DNA from: Leptogorgia sarmentosa
Lineage: Eukaryota
Direction: 5' to 3'
Assembly (NCBI GenBank): GCA_964658305.1
Contig: OZ210885.1
Coordinates: 15,128,001-15,192,000, forward strand
DNA: 64,000 bases
In this document: positions 12,765 through 26,208 of the stretch, piece after piece
How the letters are laid out: each line of letters opens with the position of its first letter
Numbering within the stretch: position 1 is the stretch's first letter
Made by a program: the position numbers and the translations under genes
Notes under the pieces: model-generated
What the model was told of the DNA's origin: nothing
The model's database searches: none
The model's input: the letters and a program-made list of their open reading frames with translations, nothing else

Positions 12765-15700
12765 AGTCTGACCCTATGTGCTCTCCATATGGAAGATAAT
12801 TTATGATTCATAATATAAACCGTAACATGCAGCGGTAATCACTGAACATAGAGCATTTCAATACTTGATATAATGATTGTTTATTTGATTTTATCATCAG
12901 TTATTTTAAAAAATATGCAATGTTGTTTCTGTGTGTCATTCAAAGACATATATCATGTTTACTCCAATTTTAATGGATAAACAAAGTAGCATGAGTGTTT
13001 ATCATTTATTATCTGTTCAGTGGTTTAGGTAAGACGACATTTTTATTCTTCGTATAGTGCGGAAGCGCTATAAAGTTGACTTACTCTATCTAACAGCTTC
13101 TTTGGTATATCAAGTAAAAATGATATACCATTGTATATACTCAAACTATTCCTTTGCAAATAAAAGGGATGTTTTAATTTCATAGTCTCCTTTTTGGTAT
13201 CAGTTTGGTTTTTATAATAGATTGTGTAAAAATATGGGTGCCCAAAATTCTGAATCCCATCTTGTAGTGATTCTGCCATTTTGTCCCTGAGCCATGGCGT
13301 GTTAGCCCAGGGCTAGGGTAATAATTCCGCTATAGCGAATCCAAAGTTGCTCGATTTGGCGGCCATTTTGGGTTACTGTGTATGGGTGGTCATCAATGAT
13401 CTCAAAATTATGACGGACTATCATGAAGAGCCGATTGGTCAGATTTGGAATTTACACTGCGGATTGGTCAAATTTAAAATTTGTTGTTGAATAACGAATA
13501 TCGAATGACGATTTAAATTTTAACTGACAGTGACAGACATTTTTTAATAAATAAAAAAAATTTGAAGCTTTTTCTGGAAAACTGGCGAGTTTTAATATTA
13601 ATCTCACGAGATAAAATTTCAAATTAGTATACGATGGAGTCAAACAAAGAGCGGGATAAAACAGGTAAGAAAGCAGAGAATTTAAAGAAGCGTAGGGAGC
13701 GAAGGAGACAGCATTTGCTCAAAGAGACTGCAGAGGAAAAAGAAACTCGCCTGGCAAAGCGTAGGGAAGCGTTTAGAAAGAGGACAGCAGAAGTAAAAGC
13801 TAAGCAAAAAAAATTATCAGAGAATTTATAGGCAACAGAAACAAGTTACTGAAAGTTGTGAGGAAAGGGAAACTCGCTTAGCCAAACGAAGAGAAGCCTG
13901 GAATGTCAGAAGTGCCGATACTAAAGGTAAGGAAAAAGACTATCGGAGAGTATATAACGCAGACAGAAAGCAAAACGAAACTGAAGAAGAGCGAATAGAC
14001 AAACTAGAAAAAAGAAGACAAAAAGAGCACAAGGAAAAGGATGATAGGCAAGTCAAATTGCTTGAGATTTTGAGAGAAGTTTTTCCAAGAGCAATAGCAA
14101 ATTTCGAAGAAGAGACAGATGGGATAGAAACAGACAAAGGGAAAACATCTTCAGTGGCTGATGGCATGAATGCATCTCTATTAGTAAGTGAAACAACTGA
14201 GGCATGTGTGCCCTTGCATGAAGCAAATGGGTTGGTAAGTGTACCTGTTTATGAAGCAGATGAGCGGTTGAATAATATGCTGGTTAATGAAAACATATTA
14301 ATAGATACATCTATTTCTGAAGCCGACGAGGAACCAGGTATGTCTTTACATGAAGCAGAGGGCCCAGGTGTGAGTAAAAATGAATACTTGCATGACGGTG
14401 GTTGGCAAAATGTTGACAACCCTCTGCATGAGCTTGAATATGTGAAAAATGAGATGCATAGTTTTCATTTAGATCAAGAGCATCAAGATCATCGACAATG
14501 TACCATTTGTAAAGAGGCATGGCCGACAAGACAAAACTTGGCAGCAGAGACATATTTTTGCTTCAGGTGCAAAAGAGACAAAAAATCACCAAAGAATTTC
14601 AGTGCTGGAAATGATATGGATCCAGGTATTGTTCCTGAACAGCTCAGAGGTTTGACACAGGTAGAAGAAATGTTAATTTCAAGGATTTGCCCCATCATGC
14701 AAGTTTATAGAAAACATGGTGGGCAAAGGGGCTACAAGGGGCATGTACTAAACCTGCCACAAGATATTCAAAGTTTCTTAGATAGGTTGCCAGCACGTGT
14801 TGCTGACCTGCCTGTTTTGGTTGTACGAAGACATGGTGTTGAAGACACTCACAAAGACTTTACTGTGCGTCGACATAGGGTGCTTGAAGCTGTGTTGTGG
14901 TTGAAGACAAATAACCCATTCTTCAAAGATATAGAAATCGATAGAGATGTTATCCAAAGCTTACCAGAAAATGGTATTCCAGAAGATTTGAGGTTTGTTA
15001 TGGATGACAATGAATTTTCAGTTGATGTTGAAAATGAGGGTCCTCCCCAAGAACCTGTTATGAGTGCCTGTTATGAGTGCTAATGCCAGTGTTGAGGAAT
15101 TAGTTTTAGGAAATGGTAGCACATCATTCATTCCTATGCGCCAACGACAGAGAAAAGACAGAGCTGCTATACAAGATGCAGTTAATGAGGTTGACCCTCT
15201 AGACTGGCCATCAACTGAAGGTAATGCTGTGAATGTAATGCTGCAGATGGACTTGCCAGCATGGCATTCTCTACATTGTTTCCTCACGGCAAAGGTGACC
15301 CAACAAACAGGGCAAGACAGCATAGTGTAAGTTTGACAGAAGCATTTAAGCACTTAGTGAAGTTTGCAGAGAGACTTGAAAATGGTAAGTTTGAGTGGAG
15401 GTTTGCTTCTCACCCACGGTTCCCATATTGGGCGTTGAACATGAAACAGCGACATCAGTTGTTGTCACAGGCAAATATTTACTTGCGTCAGCATCCTGCA
15501 GATGCAAACATGTCAATGGAAGAGCTAAAGACAATGGTGAACTCGATGAGTGCAAATCAGATGGTAAATCGTTTACAACGGTATGTGTCAAAAGTGCAAG
15601 GTACCAATCAGTATTGGTATCAGCGGCTCCAGGAATTGCTGGCTCTTATTGAGCAGAAAGGCTGTCCTACTTTTTTCTTCACTTTTAGTGCAGCTGACAT

Positions 15701-16484
15701 GTATTGGCCAGACTTGCAACGACTGCTGCAGAATAATGAAGATGCAAGCAGGTCTGAGCGAGCACAAGCAGTGATTGACAATCCACACCTGACAGATTGG
15801 TTCTTCAAACAGCGACTGGAAGAGTTTATTAGACATTGGCTTGAAGGTGTTATGGATGCTGAATGGTTTTGGTATCGATTTGAATACCAGGCCAGGGGAA
15901 GTATTCATGCCCATGGTTGTGCAAAGTTGAAAAATGACCCTGATATTCGATTGTTACGTAACATAGCAAGCTTACCATTTTTAGAGAATGAGACAAGTAG
16001 ATTTGATATGTCACCTGATGATTTTGAATTCTTTTGCCAGGATATAATAAGGGAGGGAGAGGATGCTGAGGAATTACTAATACGGTAAGAACCAACTGTT
16101 TTACACACAACTATCGTGCTCCAAAACATTTAAATCATGCTGATATTTAATTGGCTGCCAGCACTGATTTTAAAACCTGTTTTTAATTAGTAAATCTATT
16201 AATTGCATGTTTACTGTGATAAGGGGCCAGTTACACAATGCCAAATATATTTGTAGTATAACATTCGCCTTAGCAATGCAATTGAGATTGCAAATGAGTA
16301 ACAAAAAATACGACCAACCAAAAATTACTACTGAATGTACGTCGAACGATCAAAACCGCTACAAACCAATCTGAATCTGTGGGCAGTCGCGTTTAGATTG
16401 GACTACTACTGCATAAATCATGTAGAATAATCCGCTACCATTTGGCTACAATTCCTGCGTAAATTAAGGCCTTTGAGTGCACTG

Positions 16485-17573
16485 TTTAATATTTTATTGA
16501 ATTTTCCAAGATACACAACAAATTAAATATGAACTTCCTACGTTATCGTTCTCGTTCTACCAAAACAAAATTACTACAAAGTGTTCCTAACAGACTGCCG
16601 TGCAGTCCTGGATACACTTAAAGGTGGCTCTGCTAGCCTAACTAACATCAACATTAAAGTTTATTACACACTGCTCTGGTGATGTTTATAAATTGTTACA
16701 TTTTGTCATGAACGAACTTGTAACAAATACATGATTAATGTAAACAAAAATTCCTTTCCAATTTTTTACAATGCCTTAAATTTCCTTGATGTAATTTTCA
16801 AGAATTTATGTGCAGAAACCAGACATGATAATAACAGATGTCAAAATTAATGATATTCATTATCGTCATCTCGGTATTACATTATCGCATGAATATATTT
16901 CGCTCTTTATTGCTGCTGAATGTCAATGAAGTCTGGCAATAACTGAAATATTTCATTGATTTAAAGGTATGTTGATTGGCTGGTGACAACCTTCAATGAG
17001 GAGTTACCGGAGGAAAATTGGAGGTTACCAGAACCTCATCCATCGGCTGTCAGAGCTACAGTGATTGACAATCATGACAATGATTACCACAGGTTAGTTA
17101 ATACAGTAGAACGACACACTAGATGCAGTACTGCTTATTGTTTGAGACAGAAAAGAATGGACCTGTTGGCAGAGTGCAGATTTGGTTTTCCAAAACCAGT
17201 ACAAGACAAGACAACACTGGAAAAAGGTGAGAAGCGAAAACATGTGGAATCTGAATTGGTTACAAGAAGAAATGATGAACGACTGAATTCACATAATCGG
17301 GTGATGCTTGAAAACTGGCGGGCAAATGTGGATTTACAAGTTATTATAGACAAGAAGGCATGTGCAAGATACATGACCAAGTATGCTGCAAAAGGGGAAC
17401 CCAGATCCAAATCAGCATCTGACATATTAAAGTTGACTGTTTCTTCATTACAGAGTAATGATCAAGTGTCTTCTGCTATCAGGAAAGTCATGATTCAAGT
17501 CGCCGGAGACAGAGATATGGCAGCCCAAGAAACTGCCCATATGTTACTAAGTTTGCCTTTAATAGGATGTTCA
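16485..17573 (+). repeat. 1089-bp direct repeat, copy 1 (Helitron intron 3' part + exon), at the 3'-LTR position of BEL #3
   Basis: Matches 29295-30383 at constant offset 12810; six transitions seen by eye. Confidence 0.97.
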
Positions 17574-20426
17574 GTCCCGGGGTTGATCACCGTAGGTGAT
17601 CAATTCAAGCTAACTGCTGTTACGAGGATCTATTTACAATTACGTCTTGGACGCGTCCCGTCTTTCAATTTAACTTGAACTTCTTCATGTTGTTCTCCGG
17701 ATTTCTCAGTTTGTGAATCTTCCTTTATTTCCAGTGGGATTAAATGCTGTATCGGTCGGCGTAAAACTATAATCTTCTTATTCTCTTTGTCCAAAACACG
17801 AACCCTTGCAGATCATACTACGTTATCCTTGCTCGTTAAAATTGCTTCGACTTTAGCCAGTTTCCAAAAGACTCGACTTGTACTATCATTCTTAAGGATG
17901 ACAATATCTCCGACTGCTATATTGTCGTTGTTGTGTGATTGCGTCCTTGAAGACTCACGAATACTCAACAAGTATTCCCTTCTCCACTGTTCGGTGAAGT
18001 TCTTTAAAACTGGAAACTGATGCTTGGCACGTTTTGTGAGCGAATTGCTTGTACTCACAATTTCATACTGTGTTTCGTTCGGCGTCCTTGCAATTCGACG
18101 TCCGTAGATCAGAGTCGCAGGGGTCAAAGGGTACGATATTCCTTCCTCGCCGTCGTACGTTAATGGCCGATTGTTCAAAGTTGCTTCCACTTCTACGAGG
18201 ATAGTTTGAAGTTCTTCGAATGTGAATTAAGCTCTCCCCAATGTTTTCTTGAGGCAACGTTTAGTGATTTTAATTAACCGTTCCCAGAAGCCCCCGTGCC
18301 AAGGGGCCTTCTCAGTTATGAAGTGCCACGTAACTCCTTGATTGGCTAAGTATCACTTCACACCTTCTGAACGGGATATCGTCAGGACTTCCCTTGAGGC
18401 GGCCTTGAAAGTCTTAGCATTATCTGTGATAACCTTATTTGGCACTCCTCTTCGGCCCACAAATCGACGAAATGCTTGCAAAAACATATCCGTTGATAAG
18501 TTCCTCAGCAACTCCAAATGAACACCTCTCGTTGAGGCGCAAGTAAAGAGGCATATGTATGTTTTGTCAATGTGTTCTTTCTCTGTGACCAGGAGAGGGC
18601 CAGCGAAATCGATTCCTACGTTCGAGAAGGGGGGCTCATCGCGGTAAGTTTGTGTTTTCAAGTCGTCCCTGACAACGAATCACACCCTTTTTATCCAAAA
18701 ACAAAGCTAATTGGTTAATCAATTGATTCATGCCTTCATTTCGACTGTTCAAACGTTGAATTTCATCCTTGAATGATGTTGCCTCCACAAACCTTATCCA
18801 AATGTTCTCGGCTTCGTTGAGTGAGTCTGCATTCAAACGAGGCTGTTCCACTGGTTCAACGAGACGCCTCATCTTGCGTACGGCTAGTAAAACCAACGCA
18901 GTTACTCGTAACAGCTTTATCTTCGAGCTATATCGATTTATGTCCATTATATCTCCAATGCTAGTGTGTGTAAGTGACAACTCTTTGTCTTCTGTCGTAA
19001 TGTGCGGAGCTGACAGAGTATGTGTTATTGGAGTGGGATTTTTAACGACTTCGCCTTTCGATAATTCCGTTTCATTGATTTCATTTCTCGTAGGCCATTC
19101 AGATTCGGACTTGTACAGGAAGCTGGGACCCTTCCACCATCTTTCTTCGTTAACGAGGTCATCGGCATTCATTCCTCTCGAGGGAAGATCGGCAGGATTT
19201 TGTACTCCTGGGCAGTGTCTCCAAGAATGTGGGGGCGAACTCTCACGTATTTCTCGAACTCTCGTCATAACGTATTGCTTCCACGGCTTTATGTTCTTGA
19301 TCCAATAAAGAACAGTCATCGAATCAATCCAATACACGATTTCTACATCATCGGGCAGTTGTAAAGCGTTTTTAACGGTTTGAGCAAGTCTGACGAGGAT
19401 ATTAGCTCCAAGCAGTTCCAGTCTGGGTATACTTTGTTTTTTGACTGGGGCCACGCGAGTTTTTGCAGCTACCAAATTGACGTCTACCTGACCTCCGGTG
19501 TATTTGGTTTGAAGATAAACCGCCGCTGCATAAGCCTTCACCGAAGCGTCGCTAAAACAGTGTAGTTGAAGGGACTCCAACGTGTTATGCTTCACAAAAT
19601 AACATCTGGGCACTGAAACATCATTCAGCGTCTGAAGCTCGTCTATTAACAAGTGCCATGTTTTCAAGTGTTCATCGTTCAGTTCTTCGTCCCAACTCAT
19701 GTTCTCATTGCAAAGAATTTGAAACAACACCTTGCACTTGATGGGAAACGGGCTGAGCAGGCCGAGCGGATCAAATATCTTGCCGGAAATCTTTAATAGC
19801 GACCTTCGTGTTGGTGGTAGCAACTGAGCTTGTTTTGCTAAGTCGGAGAGGTTAAATTCAAGTTCATCAGACGTGGTATTCCAAATGGAACCCAAAACCT
19901 TCACAGTACTCTCGTTCTTTGGGTCTATAGAAGGCCCTGTAACGGTCTTAGCATAAGACTCATCTTCTTCAGTCACCGGATTGGGCTTCGTCGTCGTATT
20001 CACTTCACACTGATCAAGTCGGTTTTGTAGATCACTCGAATTGGTCTTCCATTTTCGTAAATTGAAGGCTCCCCTTTTCATGATCGATTTGGCTTTAACA
20101 GATAACTCAAACGCCTTGTCGTCATTCTCTTCACCTGTGATGAGATCATCAACGTAGAGGGAATTCTTAAGAAGTCTAATTTGTTCGGGTTCTGAATCCG
20201 TTTGAGTGTCAAGATGTTGACGAATCGTTGAACCAAGAATAGCCGGAGACCAAAGACCACAACCTCGTACCCAGGGTCTTGATCCTCGCTCGCCGCAGAG
20301 GAGAGACCCTGGTCGGGGCTGGTCATGTGATTTCTCAATATTTCATTGCCTTAGGGGGTGTGGGTAAAGTATCATATTACATGCTTCCATTTCACTTCAC
20401 TTGCTTTCTCTCAGGCGATATTGGCC

Positions 20427-22129
20427 ATGTTAGACTACATCGCATTTCTGTCTTGCTTAGAATTTGCGGTCTTAAACAGTGTAAACCAAAACATTATATT
20501 AAAAGCAAAGCAAGTAATTTGTCTTGAGAACGTATATCTTGAAAATGATGTGATGTGTGTTCTGCCAACGGGTTACGGGAAGTCACTGATTTTTCATCTG
20601 TTGCCAATGTTGTTGTTCGCCAAGTATAAATTGTGCGGCGATTTACTTCTTTCATGGAGATCAAGAGGTATTTCTACAGCAGCAGTTGAGTCCATTATCA
20701 TCTCTTTAATGAGTGTCTCTTTTATGAGTGACCAAGTATATCGCTTGAGTATGAGTGGCATCAGATCGGCCATAATCAACGTGAAGGAAGCAATAAGAGA
20801 TCGAATGATATACGAGTCAGACGAGAATGTGGATTTTGAATCGAATGTCGAAATAGATTTCAGCCTTTGCAAAGAGAGAAAGCTGCACGATGGTCATTAT
20901 CACATTGTTTTTGCTCATCCGGAAACCCTAATCTCTAGCAAATATGGACGCAATTTGCTGTTGAGCGAGAAATACCAAGAGAATGTTCTGGGTATTGTAA
21001 TAGATGAAGCTCATTGCATAGTGGAATGGTTAGTATTTTAAATACGTCTTTATTTACAGCGTTTCATTAAAGTTAGAGATACCATGTTCAAGAAAACTCC
21101 CTAAGAGAATATGAATAAATGTTTGGGTGTATTTGTGATGGCTTGTATTCAGATTTGAGTATGAACTTATTTATACCAAATCTATCTTGTTTGTCTTTCC
21201 CATTTATTCAGTCACAGAGCACTCAGTGTTACCTATGCATCTTTAATATGGTATTTTAATTGGTGTTTCCTTTTAGGGGAAGTGACTTCAGACAGGACTA
21301 CAGGAGGTTAGGTGTTCTGTGTGCCCTATTCCCAGATGTACCTGTTCTGGCAATGACTGCAACTGCTTCTCGTCTTGACATTCAGTGTATACAAGATTCC
21401 TTAGGATTAAAGAAGTGCAAGACCGTCATTGGAAATCCTGACAGGAAAAATATTCATTACAAAAAAGTATTTCAAACAAGTCATGATGTTGATGCCATGA
21501 AATCTATCCTTATGCCAATTGCCAGTAGTCTCTTACAGCAAAAGATTGCATTCCCTCTCACCATAATATACATTCCATTACATTTGTGTGGTTTTGCATA
21601 TAAGCTGTTTGAGCATGTTCTTGGCATTGAGCAATATTTCCCCCCTGGTGCAACTTCAATTCCAGCAAATAGGCTGTTTGCACAGTTCCATTCTCCTCAA
21701 ACAAGTCAGATGAAGGAAGAAATCCTGAAGCAGCTCTGTTCTGGAAAAAGCAAAGTTCGTGTGGTCTTTGCAACAGTAGCAATTGGGATGGGGGTGGATA
21801 TACCAGACATTCGCCAAGTGATTCATGTTGGACCCCCTTGTACAGTGAAGGAGTACTTCCAAGAGACTGGACGTGCTGGCAGGGATGGGAAGTTATCATC
21901 TGCTATAATGTTCTACAACAACAGAGACATTGCCAAGAACAGAGTGGGGATGAAGGATGATATGCGTAATTTCTGCTTGAGCAAGGATTTATGCTTACGA
22001 AAATTATTGTTAAAATCACTGGATTATGAACAAAATACTGACCATAAACCATTACACTTATGTTGTGGTGTATGTGAAAGTCTTTGTAAGTGTTCAAGAT
22101 GCTTAAATCTTCTGATAGAAAAACTGTAA
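20427..22129 (+). CDS. RecQ-like superfamily II helicase of AcademH, two exons (20427-21028, 21277-22129)
   Basis: LPTGYGKS; DEAHCIVEW|GSDFR restored across a GT-AG intron; MTATA; FATVAIGMGVD; YFQETGRAGRDG; C-terminal Cys cluster. Start codon is uncertain. Confidence 0.88.
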
Positions 22130-22936
22130 GTTTACTTGTAACACAAATGCTATGTGAAATTTAATTGTCAGACATTGTCAATCCTATTGAGGCCTGTTTC
22201 TATTATATATATTATAGAAAAACAATCTCTGTGCATGCTTCAAAATGTCAACTTCAATTATTGTCAATTATTCTGACGAATGGCCCAATCTAAAATATTG
22301 AAAGTTTACACATTTATGTTAGACCACAGTTAGAAGTCTTCGTCTACTAAATGTGGTTAGACAACAGACATTCATAAATATTGAATGCAGTAGCTTATGG
22401 TACAAAACATGCTACTGCATCCAATTTTTATGCTTACCTTGAAATTAATATGTAAACCAGAAGTTTAATATAGTATTGTACATTTTTTATTTGTTACCCA
22501 TAAATGACTGCAATATATCAATGGCAATAGTATTATATTGAGTTGTCTGTAAATATTCATCAACTAAAAATCTTATATACACTGTGGATGAACACTATTT
22601 ACGGTTTAGTCTTCACATTTCTTAAATATATATCACTACTTTTTATCTATGCACCTGTTGATTTTTGTATTATAGCTTTGGATGCACAGCACGATAACTT
22701 TCAATTTGCAAGTAAATACCCAATATTGTGCACTAGATTCTGATAAACGTTCAAAATAGTAAAATGAGAGTTAATGACAGTTTCATTACATGAATTGTCA
22801 GACAATGAAAATTCATGTAATGCAACTATCAAAATGAAAGCTTGATTAGCATTTTGAACACTTTTTAATAAAAAAACCCCAGAACACCTTAATATATACA
22901 TGTAGGAATAATTCCTTTCAAACTTTTGAATGATGT

Positions 22937-25900
22937 TCACTGACAGGATTCTTCTGCTTCCTCTGGATAATGCAGCATAATGTTTTTTTTGTGGCGATCA
23001 ATCCATTGCTTAAATTTAACTTTGTCCAGTGAATGGGTGGGTTCATGTGATATCCCAACAAATGTCTCAAATGATCGACCCTCTTCTTTCTTAAAAGGCC
23101 TTAAACCTCTTAAGTCCCTACTAATTAGTTTTTCATCATCAGTAGATGATTTGTGTGTGTGTGACCCTGACTTTGGGCGAATGTTCACTTGATCCTCAAA
23201 TGCTTCCACAATCTCCGAGACACCGCCACACGCTCTGCTTGCTCTCTCAATTGCTTTTGCTGTCTTGTTGGCACCCATTGACCGGATTAGCTTTTTCATT
23301 TCGCAGTTCCTATTCTCCTGGAAGAGATCGATCTCAATGTTGTGACCAACACCGCCTTTCCAGTTAACTGTGGCAGCCCACTTGCAGCGATGAGCCTCAA
23401 CTTCTGACAGCTGAGCCTCAGCTCCTCACACTGCAGGATGTTGATCAGCATTTCGATGGCAAATTCATTAAACCCAGGTGTTGCGAAGAAATGGGTCAAC
23501 AGCTGTTTTCTTAGATTTGAAATGTAACCACCATTGCCAGTAGAAACAGCATCCTTAAAATCTGCTAACACCAGGAATGACTTCATGATGTTGACACCAT
23601 AGCACCAAACACCATCTGCAACCTCTTTATTTCCACCAATGAAAATATATTCCTCAAGGAACTTGTCCAGAATATCTTTGATGTAGGTCTTCTGGTAAGC
23701 TTCGCTGAAGATGTTAACACTATGAGGACTGTTTGCTGTTGGTTTGCACTTTGCATCATCCATTTGGAAAAATTCCATAAGGGCTTCGATAACAAAGCAC
23801 TTACCAACACTGAAGAACAGTTGCTCGCAGTCCTCAAAGTGTTTAACATCAACCGTCACATTCCTGCGATTCAACTTCTCTCTGAAAAAGCGAAGTGTTC
23901 CCTTCTCTCTACCAGAATTCTTGTAAAGTTTTTTGAAAATTGTCTAGAAAAAAAAATATCACCTCATTGCACATTTTACTTTGATGACTGATCTCTTTTA
24001 TCATGAAAACCTTGCAAAGTATCAGACAATTTATTGGTATCATAATTTTAAAAAGAATGCACAATATATGTGTACCTTCAAAAAACTTCTCTTTGTATGC
24101 CAATCAACAATACAAAAAGGATATAAGTGATCCAATCTGTGTTTTGCTGAATGGCACCCAGCTCTCAGATCCTTTGCCCCGGCAAATCGAACTCTGGTAA
24201 GTTGATCACCAAAGCATGGGATCTTCACACCATGTAAGGGATCACGGTCGAACGGAACAGGTGGGACATGGGAAGCAGGTTGGTCAGGCCTTGAGGTGGT
24301 TCCAATTGTGGGTGTTACATTCTCTGGTGGTTGATGTTCTGGAGAACATAGTCCAGCTGCAGTGTAAATGTCCTGTGTCCACTTTTCTAGTTGATCCAGG
24401 ACATCAACACAGTCTGAGTATTTCTTCTCATCTTTCATGAGCACAGGCATTGTCAATACTTCGGACTTCCTTGCCATTGCCTCTGGATGTTCACAGCTGG
24501 TGCTCAAAGGAACATAGTTCCTGAACATAGCAAATGCAGGGAAATGTTCAAACAGAATGTTTGCAACAAGTATTCTGTACCTGTCCCAAATTGCATCGAA
24601 TTCCAGTCGATTGATATCCACCAGCTGATGGACATTGCAATCTTTCAGACTACGCTGTGGACCAGAATCGGGCAATCCTTTATCAGGAACACGGTTAAAC
24701 ACAATACTTGTTGCAACTGCATGAACACTTCGATTTTGGACATCCTGCCTCATGTCGTGTGCTTTTTCTTCCCAATCTATGTTGTCCAGAACATAGACGA
24801 AGGAATGTCCAGAACATAGACGAAGGAATGTCCAGACTTTACCAATTCGGCTGCATGGTCAATAAAGTGTTTGCCAATGTCCTCCAAAATAGGATACTTC
24901 ATTTTTGGTTCCAGGCACATACCATACTTTTGCAGACGGACAATAAGCTAAGAAATGCACAGGGAAAAACTGACTATTAGTATAAATAATAAGATAAACA
25001 TCAGATTAAATTCCAATGCATGGTGGGTCAATGGGTTAGCAATTGCAAAGCCAGCCTGGCAATTTAGGCATGCCATGCCAAAAGCCCATCAAAGGATAAT
25101 TATCTCAAATTTCCATATCATGACAAAATTTTTGGCTAGCTTTGCCACTGACTAATTTTGTGCATCATAACAATGGGTGAATGAAATATAAAACAAAATC
25201 AAAATACAACTTACATTTACTGATGCTTGGCCTTCTGTGAGCATGACTGAGTTTATGCGTTGAATTCTGCTCAATTCATGACACCGCATGAAGTTAATGA
25301 TGCCATAAATTAAGCAGATGGCAGGATTCTTTTTTTCAGGTTGAATACTGCTTTCTGTCATAGTACACAGGATGTTGTTGACAGTTGGGCATCTGGTTGA
25401 CATCTCCTCTAGCACCTCAGACATCCAGGTGTCAGATGACATACCATCAAAGCCCCTTTGTCTGAGGACAGATGGCTGACTCCTTCTGGCAACATCTAAA
25501 AGCTCTTTGTTTGCCTCAGCCAAGATCTGATTAATCTTAAAAGTGATAAAAATGATAATATTGAAAAATACTATATTTTCCCAGCCTTTGGCTTTACAAC
25601 CATTGTTTACAACTAGTGGCTTTCATCGTAACGACGTATGAAAATTGCATATTCGTCTTTCATGAATATTAATATTTAAGCATCTTATTTACAACGCTAA
25701 ATATTCCAAAGTAGATATTAAGATTGACTATGTTCAAATTGTGAAAATTGGACTGTAATAAACTTACGTTCAAAGGTGATAGAACAGAATTTGACTCAGA
25801 TTCACCACTGCCAATGTTAAAGTCGATACTGCAATGACGTGAAGTCCCAATTGAACTGATTTTTCTGGGCGGTTTAGCAACAGAAGGAGATACGTCGACA

Positions 25901-26208
25901 CAACGTTTTGACCGAACATTTTCCTGTAGTGCGCGCTGTGTCTCTTCAATAAGATCTCTAAACTTTATTGCGTTGTTTAGTCTTCGTTCACAAGGCGCGC
26001 ATATTAAGTGAGGAAGGCTTTCGCTGTATAATAATTCTCGACCATAAATACGCTCAGCGTTGCGTAAAATGACCTTGTTACGATCGCGAAATAGATTTCT
26101 CGAATACTTCGAATCAGTAACAGAGTTACAAAGCCTACAGCGAGAGATATTGCCAGTCGATTCAGTTTGTTTTTGGTACAGTTTTTTCGTCGTGCCTTTG
26201 CTGGCCAT
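22937..26208 (-). pseudogene. AcademH transposase (DUF6589-like), multi-exon, degenerate
   Basis: N-terminal CxxC...CxxC finger; FGDQLT, DWHTKRSFL, NRRNV, FKDAVSTGNG; GTAAGT donors near 25766 and 25214; small internal duplications and a frameshift near 24790 and 23400. Confidence 0.75.

Noticed and set aside
16483..16750. Short conventional LTR hidden in the start of the 1089-bp repeat (TGTT...AACA candidates)
   Set aside because: No downstream CA followed by a match to the left flank (TGCAC) was found, and copy 2 lacks the TG/CA end. Kept only as an alternative to test.
20427..22129. Host RecQ/WRN/BLM gene
   Set aside because: It lies within TIRs and a TSD, paired with a transposase, and has only the minimal helicase core; no gene symbol given.
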